Position numbers and translations under genes: made by a program
Origin: Candidatus Eiseniibacteriota bacterium
Lineage (GTDB): Bacteria; Eisenbacteria; RBG-16-71-46; CAZAMP01
Direction: 5' to 3'
NCBI GenBank assembly: GCA_965224245.1
Contig: OZ245046.1
Coordinates: forward strand, 2,560,001 to 2,624,000
Length of the DNA stretch: 64,000 nt
The notes under the pieces: model-generated
What the model was told of the DNA's origin: nothing
The model's database searches: none
The model's input: the letters and a program-made list of their open reading frames with translations, nothing else
Part shown: positions 40,935-51,296 of the stretch, in pieces
Layout: every line of letters starts with the position of its first letter
Position numbering within the stretch: position 1 is the stretch's first letter

Positions 40935-42290
40935 CTAGCCATCCCTCTCGATCACCGTGAGCGCCTCGCGCAGCAGAGGCGCGTACTCGGTCTTGCCGGG
41001 GCAGACGAACGTGCACAGCCCGAGATCTTCCTCGTCGAGCTCGAGGACACCGAGGTCCTGGGCCCGCTGATAGTCCTTCGACACGAGCGATCGGAGCAGG
41101 AACGTCGGGATGATGTCGAGCGGCATCACGTCCTCGTACATGCCGATCGGGACCATCGCGCGCTTGCTGCCGTTGGTCGTGGTCGTGAGCGGGAACTTCT
41201 TGCCGGGCGTCAGCGCCGACGCATACACGGGCCGGGTCGAGTACTTGTCACGACCGGGCATCTGCCAGCCGAGGAGCTCGCGCCTCCGATTCTCCCGGAT
41301 GACCGACACCTGGAGGTGGTAGCGCCCCAGGAACGCCAGGGGGCCGTCGGTCGCGTCGTCACCCGAGAGCACCGACCCCGAGACGACGCGGGCCGGCGAC
41401 ACGGAGAGCTCGTCGGAGACGAGGTCGGTCGTCGAGGCGCCCACCCGCGTGCGCACGAGCCGCGGGTGCTTCACGGCCGGGCCGGCCAGAGAGACGATGC
41501 GTTCGGTCCAGATCTGACCGGTGACCAGGAGCTTGCCCAGCGCGATCACGTCCTGGTAGCCGATGTGCCAGACCACACGCTCGGCGTTGACCGGATCCAC
41601 GAGGTGGATGTGGGTTCCCACGAGGCCCGCCGGGTGGCGGCCCTGGAAATCGTGTACGGTGACCGCGGGATGGCCCGGATCGGGGATCTTTGACCCCGCC
41701 ATGCGACAGAGATGGACGCCCTTGGGCGCCAGGACGGTCAGCGCACGCACGCCGTTGACGAAGTCGCGCTCGTGCTCGGCCACGACGACGGCGGGGTCGG
41801 CGGCCAGCGGATTGGTGTCGCTGGCGGTCACGAAGATCGAGCGCGGCGAGGACTCCACGCCCGGCGTCCGGCTGTACGGCCGCGTGCGCAGGGCGGTCCA
41901 GGCGCCGGACTCGATCATGACCCGGCGCAGCCTGGCCTCGGGGATCGAATCGAGGCCGCCCTCGGGGAACTTCTCGAACGTCTCGGCGCCCCCGTCGGAC
42001 ACCGCGATCACGACCGACTGGAGCGCGCGCCTGTCGCCGCGGTTGATCGCCGTCACGCGGCCGGCCGCGGGAGAGGTGAAGATCACGCCCTCGTTCTTCT
42101 TGTCCGAGAACAGCGGCTGCCCCAGCCGGACCGAGTCGCCTTCCTTGACGAGCATGGTCGGCCGCATGCCGACGTAGTCGGGCCCCTTCAGCGCCACCGT
42201 GCGGGCCTGGCGGCCCGGGGTGATCTTCTGATCGGGATCGCCCGTGATCGGGAGCGTGAGGCCCTTCTTGATCTTGAACACTGAACCCAT
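40935..42290 (-). CDS. nqrA: Na+-NQR subunit A
   Basis: [48 protein letters not shown]. Confidence 0.96.
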   Translation of the reverse strand: MGSVFKIKKGLTLPITGDPDQKITPGRQARTVALKGPDYVGMRPTMLVKEGDSVRLGQPLFSDKKNEGVIFTSPAAGRVTAINRGDRRALQSVVIAVSDGGAETFEKFPEGGLDSIPEARLRRVMIESGAWTALRTRPYSRTPGVESSPRSIFVTASDTNPLAADPAVVVAEHERDFVNGVRALTVLAPKGVHLCRMAGSKIPDPGHPAVTVHDFQGRHPAGLVGTHIHLVDPVNAERVVWHIGYQDVIALGKLLVTGQIWTERIVSLAGPAVKHPRLVRTRVGASTTDLVSDELSVSPARVVSGSVLSGDDATDGPLAFLGRYHLQVSVIRENRRRELLGWQMPGRDKYSTRPVYASALTPGKKFPLTTTTNGSKRAMVPIGMYEDVMPLDIIPTFLLRSLVSKDYQRAQDLGVLELDEEDLGLCTFVCPGKTEYAPLLREALTVIERDG

Positions 42291-42530
42291 GGCCCCTCGG
42301 ATCGCCGACGCGCCGTGCACGCCGAGCCCTTCGTTTGGGATCCGCACGAGCGGCGCGCGCACCGCGTTCGTCGCGAGTTTCGACGCCCGCCGCACTCTCC
42401 CGGACGCGCCGCAACTGCTTGTGGAGCCTGGCGGAACGCGTCCGGAACTCGATCTTCGATCGCCCGAGCTGGCAACGAAAGCGAGAGAGCATAGCCCCAT
42501 TCGGACGGGTCGTCCAGTCCAGTCCCACGC

Positions 42531-44054
42531 TCAGCGGCGCGGATCCGCGGTCCGGCGCTCGAGCCGCCAGGCGCCGATGCCCCACTCCTCGAGCTCGACC
42601 GCCAGACCGTCGTCGAGGAGCGCGTCGCCGTCGACCGACGCGTCGTGATCGCCCAGCAGATCGTGCAGCGTCACCCGATGGCCGCGAAGCGGCATCAGAC
42701 GCATCCGGACACGGGCGGCAATGCGGCAGCCCGCGACGTTCGCGGCCACGACGACGTCGTCTCGGTGACGACACTCCCAGGCGAAGGCGAGGCAGTCGGC
42801 GTCGTCGGTCTCCAGCCAGCGGAACCGTCCATCGGCCATCGACGTGTCGCCGAGGACGGCCAGCAGGCGATCCAGGCGCGCGACCCGGTCGGGATCGGGG
42901 GTCGCGTTCGCCGGCCGTCCGAGCTGGACCGGAAGCCGCACGCGGCGGCCGTCGAACTGCCCCTCGTGAAACAGGCGCAGCCCGGGCAGCAGCGCGGACA
43001 GGCCGGTCGCCAGCTCCCAGCGCTCGGGTGGAAACGCGGTGACCGCCGGATCCTCGTCGTGGTTCTCGACGAAGTGCGCCGACCGCTCGAGGTATCGCTC
43101 CGAGCGGCCGGGCAACGTCCGAAGCCCGGCGGTGTCACCCGCGCGCAGAAGATCGTACAGGTGCTTGTCGTACGTGTAGTCGAAACCCTGCTCCAGGAGG
43201 CGTTCCTCGAGGCCCCAGTACACCTCGGCGATGAAGATGAACGTCCGGTGGACCGATCGGGCCTCGGCGACCGCGGCGGGCCAGAAGTCGCCGCGGTCGG
43301 GCGGCGGCTCCACCTCGGGCCAGGTCGTCCGGAACACGTCGGGCAGGATCAGCATCGCCATGTCGCACCGGACCCCGTCACAGAGCCCGGCCAGCATCCG
43401 TACCAGCGACAGCATCTCGGCCCGGAGCTCGGGCGAGGCCCAGTTCAGCTGGGCCGTGTCCGTCCAGCTCGGGAAGTGAGGGTCCTTCCCGAAGGCCACC
43501 GCCCTCGGGCCCCGGTCGGTCTCGGCGCGAAAGTAGCGCTCGGGGTCGCGGTCGGCCAGAACCGGGTCGCCCGACACGTATAAGTCGGGACGACGACGGA
43601 TCCAGGGGTGATCCCGCGCCGTATGGTTCGGTACGAGGTCCAGGACCAGGCCGAGGCCCCTCCGGGCCAGCCGCTCGCGGAACCGGGCCAGGGCGTCCCG
43701 ACCCCCGAGCCGAGGGGAGACGACGTAATCATGTACCGCGAAAGGGCTTCCGACGACATCCGCCGGCGTCCAGTCCGGAAGGGCGAGCGCGTACTCCGGC
43801 CACGCGACCCGGTTGTCGCGCGCCAGCGCCACGCCGAGCGGGCCCCTGGCCCACACGCCCATCAGCCACATCAGCTCGAAGCCCCGGTCCGCCCACGCGT
43901 CCAGCTCGGCGTCGGGGACGTCGTCCAGGGATCCGGCCGGCCGGCCGGCGTGATCGAGCCGCCCAAGCCACGTCGTGGCATTGACTTGGATCAATCGTGG
44001 ACCGCTCGTGCATTTCGAGGGGTGGTGGCGTGGGGATCCGGACGATGATTCCAC
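42531..44054 (-). CDS. GH13 alpha-amylase family glycoside hydrolase
   Basis: LDLVPNH, DGVRCDMA, FIAEVY, FVENHD (catalytic D/E/D). Start uncertain. Confidence 0.88.
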   Translation of the reverse strand: MESSSGSPRHHPSKCTSGPRLIQVNATTWLGRLDHAGRPAGSLDDVPDAELDAWADRGFELMWLMGVWARGPLGVALARDNRVAWPEYALALPDWTPADVVGSPFAVHDYVVSPRLGGRDALARFRERLARRGLGLVLDLVPNHTARDHPWIRRRPDLYVSGDPVLADRDPERYFRAETDRGPRAVAFGKDPHFPSWTDTAQLNWASPELRAEMLSLVRMLAGLCDGVRCDMAMLILPDVFRTTWPEVEPPPDRGDFWPAAVAEARSVHRTFIFIAEVYWGLEERLLEQGFDYTYDKHLYDLLRAGDTAGLRTLPGRSERYLERSAHFVENHDEDPAVTAFPPERWELATGLSALLPGLRLFHEGQFDGRRVRLPVQLGRPANATPDPDRVARLDRLLAVLGDTSMADGRFRWLETDDADCLAFAWECRHRDDVVVAANVAGCRIAARVRMRLMPLRGHRVTLHDLLGDHDASVDGDALLDDGLAVELEEWGIGAWRLERRTADPRR

Positions 44055-44209
44055 GAGATGTGCTCGCCCGTGACGGCGCCGGAGCGCCGGTGAGGTCGAC
44101 GCGCGCGTCCGCGCGCGGCCGGGGAGCCCCCCCGGTCGGGGCAATCGCGGACCCTAGCACGGGAGCCCTCGGCCCGCCAGGGGGTGGGAGAATCTCCGGC
44201 CCGCAGCGG

Positions 44210-44239
44210 TTGACAGGCTTTCGAGTCGGTCCGTACTCT
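44210..44239 (+). promoter_or_regulatory. Sigma70-type promoter
   Basis: TTGACA-N18-TACTCT, 44 bp before the ATG at 44284. Confidence 0.55.
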
Positions 44240-44283
44240 GCCGCGCGCAACGAACGAGGGGCCGCTTCGCGGCGGTCGAGATC

Positions 44284-45507
44284 ATGGAGCACCGCATGCC
44301 GAGCTGGATGCACGAACGACTGATCGGGCTTGCCCGCGCGTTCGCGCGATCGATGGGGATCGCGCGGCGTCGTGTCGTGCAACTCGTCGAACGCCCGCGA
44401 CCCGGCGTCGTCAGCCGACGCTCGGAGGTCGCGGGCGCCGCCGCCGCCCTCGTGGCGCTCGCCGTGCTCGCCTGGAGCTTCGCGTCGAGACCGGAGGTCG
44501 ACCGGGCACTCGACGCGATCGACCCCGGGGCCGCGCTCGAATCCTCTCGCGCCGCACGCCCGCACGCGACCCGGTCGTCCACGTCGGACGGTCGGATCGA
44601 TTCGGCTCGGCTGCGCCGATACGCGGTGGGGCCGGTGGGCTTCCAGGACGTCCCGGTCAGCGGCCTGGCTGCCCTGGCGCCGCTGGTTCGCTACGACGGA
44701 TACGACGCCGACCCGATCGCGCTGCCCAGCGTGGGCGCGAAGAACATGCCGCTCGGCCTCGAGGATCTCGACGTCGACGCGAAGAAGCGAGTCTTCGTCC
44801 GGACCGTGGTTCCGCTGATCGTGGCCGAGAACGAGCGAATCGCAGCCGACCGGACGCGGCTGCTGGCCATCCTGGACGGCGCCGCCGCGTCGACGCCGGC
44901 CGACGACGCGGACTGGCTCCTGATGCTGATGGCGGCTTACCGGCTGCGCGATCGCGGACCCGGTGACGGCGACTTCCTGCGGAACTCCCTCCTCCGACGC
45001 GTCGACCAGATTCCGGTCGCGCTCGCCCTGGCCCAGGCGGCCATCGAGTCGGCCTGGGGGACGTCGCGGTTCACGCTGGAGGGGAACGCGCTGTTCGGCG
45101 AGTGGACGTTCGATCCGAAGACGCCGGGGCTCGTGCCGGCCGGCCGTGAAGCCGGCGCCACGTACCGTGTCCGCGCGTTCCCGACGCTGCGGGAGTCGGT
45201 GCGGCACTACATGCGAAACCTCAACTGCGGCAGCGCCTACGCGGAGTTCCGGACCCGGCGCTGGCAGGCGCGGCAAGCCGGCCGGGAGGCCGATGCCGGG
45301 ATGCTCGCCCGGACCCTGACCCGCTACTCGGCGCGCGGCAGCGACTACGTCGACGAGCTCCGGATGATCATGACCACGAACCGGTTCGATCGGTTCGAGG
45401 ATGCGTCGCTGGATCCTCTGGATCTGGATCTGGTAGCCGAGCTGGTCGCGCTCGCGTCCATGGATGCCGGAACGGCCGAGTCCCTGCTGGCGTTCCTGGC
45501 CGAGTGA
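44284..45507 (+). CDS. Bax-like glucosaminidase (GH73-like) domain protein
   Basis: KKRVFVRTVVPLI, RRVDQIPVALALAQAAIESAWGTSRF, NALFG, YMRNLN, YSARG; N-terminal TM. Confidence 0.85.
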   Translation: MEHRMPSWMHERLIGLARAFARSMGIARRRVVQLVERPRPGVVSRRSEVAGAAAALVALAVLAWSFASRPEVDRALDAIDPGAALESSRAARPHATRSSTSDGRIDSARLRRYAVGPVGFQDVPVSGLAALAPLVRYDGYDADPIALPSVGAKNMPLGLEDLDVDAKKRVFVRTVVPLIVAENERIAADRTRLLAILDGAAASTPADDADWLLMLMAAYRLRDRGPGDGDFLRNSLLRRVDQIPVALALAQAAIESAWGTSRFTLEGNALFGEWTFDPKTPGLVPAGREAGATYRVRAFPTLRESVRHYMRNLNCGSAYAEFRTRRWQARQAGREADAGMLARTLTRYSARGSDYVDELRMIMTTNRFDRFEDASLDPLDLDLVAELVALASMDAGTAESLLAFLAE

Positions 45508-45573
45508 TCCGCGCGGCGGCACCCCCGCCCGCCGTGATACCCGAACGCTCTCGGAGCCGATCGGAGGCCCGGC

Positions 45574-46683
45574 GTGCGTCGACTTTCACCGCCCGTCCTG
45601 CTGGCGGCCGCGTTCGCCCTGGCGAGCCCGATCGCCCGGCCGGCAGAGGGTTCCTCGCCTCCACCCGAGCCCAGCACGGGCTACACGACGATTCTCCTCT
45701 ATCACAAGTTCGACGAGCCCGAGCATCCGACGACCAACGTCTCGACGGACGCGCTTCGTGCCCAGCTCACCTACCTGCTCACCAGCGGCTACCGCATCCT
45801 GGAGATGCCGGAGTTCGAGGCGCTCCTGGAGTCGGGGGGCCCGTTTCCGGAGAAGAGCGTCCTGATCACGATCGACGATCCCTACCGATCGATCTACGCG
45901 CACGCGTGGCCCGTCTTCCGGGAGCTCGGCGTGCCCTTCACGTTGTTCGTGTGGACCGACGGTGTGGAGCGACGCTTTCGCGATCTGATGACGTGGGCCG
46001 AGATCGACTCCCTGGTGGCGGGCGGCGTCACGATCGGCAACCACACGCACACGCATCCGCACCTCGGGACCCCCCAGCCGGGAGAGTCCCGCGAGGGCTA
46101 CCGGAGCCGTGTGCGCGACGAGATCGAGACGAGCCAGCGCCTCCTCCGCGCACACGGCCACGACAGCGACCGCTTCGCCTACCCGTACGGGGAGTACAAC
46201 CACGACGTGATCGACGTCGCGCGATCGCTCGGGTACCGCCACCTCTACACCCAGGACCGGGGTTCGGTGGGACCGGATACGCCGATCGCGCGCATCCCGC
46301 GCGAGGCCATCGTCGGCCTGTCGGACGATCTGGACGCGTTCGTGGCGGCGCTGCGTCTGACCCCGCTCGAGCTGGCCGACGCCGACCCCGACGTCGGGTT
46401 CCTTCGCGAGAACCCACCGCCGCGAATCCGTTTTCGCATCCCGGACCCTGAGCGGTACGCGCCGGTGGTGAACGTCTTCGTCTCGGAGCTCGGCCGGGTG
46501 GATGCGCAGTACGATGCATCCACCGGGATCGGCTCGGTCGTGCTGGCCGCGCCCCTGTCTCGCCCGTTCAATCGAATCAACGTGTCGATCCAGGAGCGGC
46601 GGACCGGCCTGTTCGCGCTGTCCTCGAGGATGATCTTCCGGCCGTTCGCGGAGCTGACGGCACCGGCGGACCCCGACCGCTGA
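45574..46683 (+). CDS. Polysaccharide deacetylase (CE4/NodB)
   Basis: Signal peptide, ILLYHKF, ITIDD, IGNHTHTH, FAYPYG. Confidence 0.9.
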   Translation: MRRLSPPVLLAAAFALASPIARPAEGSSPPPEPSTGYTTILLYHKFDEPEHPTTNVSTDALRAQLTYLLTSGYRILEMPEFEALLESGGPFPEKSVLITIDDPYRSIYAHAWPVFRELGVPFTLFVWTDGVERRFRDLMTWAEIDSLVAGGVTIGNHTHTHPHLGTPQPGESREGYRSRVRDEIETSQRLLRAHGHDSDRFAYPYGEYNHDVIDVARSLGYRHLYTQDRGSVGPDTPIARIPREAIVGLSDDLDAFVAALRLTPLELADADPDVGFLRENPPPRIRFRIPDPERYAPVVNVFVSELGRVDAQYDASTGIGSVVLAAPLSRPFNRINVSIQERRTGLFALSSRMIFRPFAELTAPADPDR

Positions 46684-46775
46684 GCGCGGGCCCCGGTCAG
46701 GCGTCCGCCCCGGTCCGGCGGCGTTCGAGGTCAGGCGACGGTCGGGATCAGGCCCCGGTCGAGATCAGGTCGAGG

Positions 46776-47771
46776 TCAGGCGGCCTCGCGGTCGCGGCCG
46801 CGCGCGTCGTCCCGGGACCGCTCTCGGGCACCCTCGGCGATCGCCCGGTTGGGGACGCGCGCCGGGTCACCCACCACGACCCGGTTTCGCCCGGCGGCCT
46901 TCGCCTCGTACAGCGCCGCGTCGGCGATCGCGAGGAGACGATCCACCGTCAGGTGCTCGTCGGTTCCGGCGGAGCTGACCCCCACCGAGACGGTGGCGGT
47001 CACCGTGGCTCCGGTGGGCAGCACGAACGGAACGTCCGAGATCGAGGCCCGCACTCTTTCGGCAATGGCGCAGCCGGCGTCGAGCGGCAGGTCGGGAAGC
47101 ACGACGATGAACTCCTCGCCTCCCACGCGCCCGAACACGTCGTACTCACGAAGCTGAACCGCGACGCGCTCGGCGAACTCGCGGAGAACCGCATCGCCGG
47201 ACGCGTGACCGTGGGTGTCGTTCAGACGCTTGAAGTGATCGACGTCCAGCATGACCACCGTGAGCTCGCGGCCTTCCCGCTCGGCGCGGGCCAGCGACTG
47301 CTGGAGCCGCGAGAGCGCCGCGCGCCGATTGCTGATGCCGGTCAGCTCGTCGGTGGCGGCCATGATCTCCAGACGCTCGCGCGCGTCCCGGAGCTGCTGC
47401 TCGAGGGTGACGATTCGCGCACCGGCCGTGACGCGCGCGCGAAGCTCGTCACGATCGAAGGGCTTGGTCAGGTAGTCGTCCGCCCCGGAGCTGAACCCCT
47501 CGAGGATCTCCTCCTTCTCGTCCTTGGACGTCAGGAGGATCGTGTAGACGTAGTAGGGAAGCGTGCCGGCCCGGATCTTCTTGCACAGGTCCACGCCGGT
47601 CAACTCGGGCATCGCCCAGTCCGAGACCAGCATGCGGGCGCCGCTGGCCCGAAGCGCGTCCCACGCGGTGGCGCCGTCCTCGGCCTCGAGCACCTCGTAG
47701 CCCCACTTGGCCAGGATGCGACGCAGCATCATCCGCGCGAGGGGGTCGTCCTCGGCGACCACGACCCGCAT
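46776..47771 (-). CDS. Response-regulator diguanylate cyclase (REC-GGDEF)
   Basis: AEDD, SDWAMP, DYLTKPF; DVDHFKRLND, I-site REYD, active site GGEEF. Confidence 0.93.
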   Translation of the reverse strand: MRVVVAEDDPLARMMLRRILAKWGYEVLEAEDGATAWDALRASGARMLVSDWAMPELTGVDLCKKIRAGTLPYYVYTILLTSKDEKEEILEGFSSGADDYLTKPFDRDELRARVTAGARIVTLEQQLRDARERLEIMAATDELTGISNRRAALSRLQQSLARAEREGRELTVVMLDVDHFKRLNDTHGHASGDAVLREFAERVAVQLREYDVFGRVGGEEFIVVLPDLPLDAGCAIAERVRASISDVPFVLPTGATVTATVSVGVSSAGTDEHLTVDRLLAIADAALYEAKAAGRNRVVVGDPARVPNRAIAEGARERSRDDARGRDREAA

Positions 47772-48090
47772 CGCCTCCACGTCACGATGGGAAGCCACGA
47801 TGCTGCGCTCCTGACCCGCCACGCGTCCAAATGCCGTTCAGGCCGGCGCCGAACCCGCGTTGCGCCGATGTATCGTCCATCTCTCATCCTTCGGCGTTCG
47901 CGGCCGGGGCACGAGCATGGACCGGTAAACCGGTGCCCGATCGGTCGAAAGCGTGCGATCCGGGCGCTCCCGGATCTCCGGCCGAACGCCCGCCGGGGGA
48001 ATCGGACTTGAACAACCGGGCTCCGCGTGGAAAGATGGGGGGGCTACGAACCCGGTCACGAATCGATAACCCCAACTCCATGCATACATT

Positions 48091-49221
48091 ATGACTCACG
48101 AAAACGACGCCCTCGCGACGGAACCCGTCATCCCCATCGACATCGATCGGTCGGTCCGCGTCGACGATGCCCGCCGGCGCGACGTGCTGTCCCGGGAGCT
48201 GGGTTTCGGCCGGTACTTCACCGACCGGATGTTCACGGTGCGCTGGAACGAGGACCGTGGATGGCACGGCGCGACCATCGGGCCGTTCGAGAACCTCACG
48301 CTGTCCCCGGCAGCCGCCGTCCTCCACTACGGCCAGGCCATCTTCGAGGGACAGAAGGCGTACCGCCGGGTCGACGGCGAGATCGGCCTGTTTCGGCCGC
48401 GCATGAACGCCCGGCGCATGCAGGCGTCCGCGCAGCGCATGGTGATGCCGCCGATCCCGGAGGACCTCTTCATGGACGCCCTCGAGACGTTGATCGATCT
48501 CGAGCGGGAGTGGACCCCGCGCGGCGACCACGAGGCGCTCTACATCCGGCCGTTCTCGATCGCGACCGAGCCGCTCCAGGGCGTCCGCCCGGCGAAGCAG
48601 TACCTGTTCGCGATCATCCTGAGCCCGGTCGGCGCCTACTACGCATCGGGGTTCAAGCCGGTCCGGATCCTCGTGTCCGAGGATCTCGTCCGCGCGGCCG
48701 TCGGAGGCACCGGCGAGGCCAAGGCAGCGGGCAACTACGCCGCGAGCCTCTTGGCCGGCGAGCGCGCGCGAGCGGCCGGCTGTGCACAGGTGCTTTGGCT
48801 CGACGCCGCCGAGAAGAAGTACGTCGAGGAGATCGGGGCGATGAACGTCATGTTCGTCATCGACGGCACGCTCGTGACCGCGCCGCTCCACGGGAGCATC
48901 CTCCCCGGGGTCACACGCGACTCGATCATGCACATCGCGCGCACCGAGAGGATGCCCGTCGAGGAGCGGGCGATCAGCATCGACGAGGTGGTCACCGCCA
49001 TCGCCAGCGGGCGCTGCACCGAGGCGTTCGGATGCGGGACGGCCGCCGTGATCACGTCCATCGGGTCGTTCCTGTACGACGATCGAGAGCACCCGCTGCC
49101 CGATCCCCCCGGACCGGTCGCGAGGCGGATGTTCGAGACGATCACCGACATGCAGTGGGGTCGCCGCCCGGACCCGTACGGGTGGATTCACATCATCCCC
49201 CGGCGCTCCGACGAGAGCTAG
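48091..49221 (+). CDS. ilvE: Branched-chain amino acid aminotransferase
   Basis: LGFGRYFTD, LHYGQAIFEG, LYIRPF, AKAAGNYA, ILPGVTRDS, GCGTAA. Confidence 0.95.
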   Translation: MTHENDALATEPVIPIDIDRSVRVDDARRRDVLSRELGFGRYFTDRMFTVRWNEDRGWHGATIGPFENLTLSPAAAVLHYGQAIFEGQKAYRRVDGEIGLFRPRMNARRMQASAQRMVMPPIPEDLFMDALETLIDLEREWTPRGDHEALYIRPFSIATEPLQGVRPAKQYLFAIILSPVGAYYASGFKPVRILVSEDLVRAAVGGTGEAKAAGNYAASLLAGERARAAGCAQVLWLDAAEKKYVEEIGAMNVMFVIDGTLVTAPLHGSILPGVTRDSIMHIARTERMPVEERAISIDEVVTAIASGRCTEAFGCGTAAVITSIGSFLYDDREHPLPDPPGPVARRMFETITDMQWGRRPDPYGWIHIIPRRSDES

Positions 49222-49251
49222 GGACCTCTCCCACCGCGTGCGGGGAAGCCG

Positions 49252-50118
49252 TTGAACGCTCCGAATCGATCGAGAGCGACATTGTGCCCGTCGTGTCGAA
49301 CCCTCATCGCCGCCGACACGACGCGTTGCCCGAACTGCCATGCCCCGCTGGCCGGCCCGGTGGGTCGGTTGACCCCGATGCGGTTCTTCGGGGATCACCT
49401 CGACGTGGTCAGTGCGATCCCGATCACGTGCATCGTGCTGTTCCTGTTCTGCATCGCGCGCGAGCCGCGCGCCGCGTTCGAGGGCAACGTCGGCATCTTC
49501 GACTTTCTCTCGCCGAGCACCCGCGCGCTGGTGAAGATGGGCATGACCGGCACCGCGGCCTGGTTCTCCGGGGGCCGCGTGGAGGTGTACCGCGGCGAGT
49601 GGTGGACGGTCTTCACCGCGATCTTCCTCCACGGCAGCCTGATCCACATCTTCTTCAACGTGATGTGGATCCGGAGCCTCGGCCCCGCCGTGGCCGAAGC
49701 CTATGGGCAGGCCCGCTACTTCATCCTGTTCATCGCGTCGGGCGCCGTCGGGTTCATCGTGTCCAACGCCGCGTCGGGCGGCGCCACGGTGGGGGCGTCC
49801 GGTTCGATCTTCGGACTCCTGGCCGCGATGATCGTTGCCCACCGGCGCTCGGGCACGCTGCACGGACGGCTCGCCTCGCGGCAGCTCTGGCAGTGGGCGA
49901 TCGCGCTGTTCGTGCTCGGCTTCCTGATGTCGCGCGTGAACAACTGGGCGCACGGCGGGGGCTTTCTGGCCGGCTGGCTCGTGGCCACGCTGATGACCCG
50001 GGACGGTCTGCGCGTCGAGCGCGGCTACACCGTGATCGCGGCGCTCGTGCTTCTGGGGTTCACGCTGTTCGGTTTCGCGAACGTGGCGCTGGGCCTGGTT
50101 CGAGACCTGACGCGCTGA
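49252..50118 (+). CDS. Rhomboid intramembrane serine protease with N-terminal zinc ribbon
   Basis: CPSC...CPNC, FLHGSLIHIFFN, VGASG, AHGGG. TTG start uncertain. Confidence 0.9.
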   Translation: MNAPNRSRATLCPSCRTLIAADTTRCPNCHAPLAGPVGRLTPMRFFGDHLDVVSAIPITCIVLFLFCIAREPRAAFEGNVGIFDFLSPSTRALVKMGMTGTAAWFSGGRVEVYRGEWWTVFTAIFLHGSLIHIFFNVMWIRSLGPAVAEAYGQARYFILFIASGAVGFIVSNAASGGATVGASGSIFGLLAAMIVAHRRSGTLHGRLASRQLWQWAIALFVLGFLMSRVNNWAHGGGFLAGWLVATLMTRDGLRVERGYTVIAALVLLGFTLFGFANVALGLVRDLTR

Positions 50119-50127
50119 CCGACCGGG

Positions 50128-51288
50128 TCAGCGCCCTCCCCCGCTCGAGAGGCGACCGATCTCGCTCGCGATGAGCGCCGCCGCCTCGCTCACCTCCTCG
50201 CGTGTCGTCGCGCGACCCACCGACAGACGGACCGTCCCCGCCGCCAGACCGGCGTCGACTCCCATCGCCGTGAGCACCGGCGAGACGGACACCCGGTCCG
50301 CGTGACAGGCCGAGCCCGCGGACACCGCCAGGCGATCTCCCAGCACCGCGACCAGCGCGTGCGATGCGACGCCGGGAAACGCGACGCTGAGCGTGTTCGG
50401 CAGCCGCTCCTCGGGGGCGTCCGGACCGTGGCGGACGATCCCCTGAATGCGCGCGCCCAGCTCGTGCCACAGGGTGTCGGTGAGGTCGCCGAGACGCGTC
50501 ACGTCCGCGTCGAGGCACCCGGCCGCTCGCTCGGCGGCGGCGCCGAGTCCGACGATCTCGAGCACGTTCTCGGTTCCCGCGCGACGGCCGCCCTCGTGAC
50601 CGGCTCCCAGCATGAACGGCTCGAACGGCGCCCCCGGCCGGACGTACAGCGCCCCCACGCCCTGCGGCGCGTAGAGCTTGTGGCCGGCGATCGACAGGTA
50701 GTCGACGCCGAGCGCGTCCACGTCGATCGGGATCTTGCCCGGCGCCTGTGCGGCGTCGGTGTGCACCCTCACCCCGCGCTCGCGGGCGACGGCCGCGATC
50801 TCGACGATCGGCTGGAGCGTCCCCACCTCGTTCTGGGCGAGCATGATCGTGACGAGCGTCGTCTCGGGGCGGATCGCCCGGGCCACGGCGGCCGGATCCA
50901 CGCGGCCCGACCGGTCCACCGGCAGCACGGTGACCGCGACACCCCGCGCCCGGAGCCGCGCACAGGGCTCGAGCGTGGCCGGATGCTCCACCGCCGACGT
51001 GATCACGTGCACGCCGGCGGGGTCCACGCCCGGCGAGAGCACACCGCGGATGACGGTGTTGTTCGACTCGGTGCCGCCGCTGGTGAAGATACACGCGTCG
51101 GGTGGGGCGCCGATGAGGTCGGCCAGCTGCCGACGCGCCCTGTCCACCGCCTCGCGACCGACGCGGCCGAACACGTGACCCGAGGACGGGTTGCCGACGT
51201 GCTGTGCCATGACGGTGCGCATCGCGTCGGCCACCGCGGGGTCCAGCGGCGTGGTGGCGTTGTAGTCGAGATAGATCGGCGTCGCCAT
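50128..51288 (-). CDS. Cysteine desulfurase (NifS/IscS group I)
   Basis: IYLDYNATTP, GNPSS, FTSGGTESNN, HTDAAQ, AGHK, SAGSAC. Confidence 0.93.
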   Translation of the reverse strand: MATPIYLDYNATTPLDPAVADAMRTVMAQHVGNPSSGHVFGRVGREAVDRARRQLADLIGAPPDACIFTSGGTESNNTVIRGVLSPGVDPAGVHVITSAVEHPATLEPCARLRARGVAVTVLPVDRSGRVDPAAVARAIRPETTLVTIMLAQNEVGTLQPIVEIAAVARERGVRVHTDAAQAPGKIPIDVDALGVDYLSIAGHKLYAPQGVGALYVRPGAPFEPFMLGAGHEGGRRAGTENVLEIVGLGAAAERAAGCLDADVTRLGDLTDTLWHELGARIQGIVRHGPDAPEERLPNTLSVAFPGVASHALVAVLGDRLAVSAGSACHADRVSVSPVLTAMGVDAGLAAGTVRLSVGRATTREEVSEAAALIASEIGRLSSGGGR

Positions 51289-51296
51289 CGGTGTCG

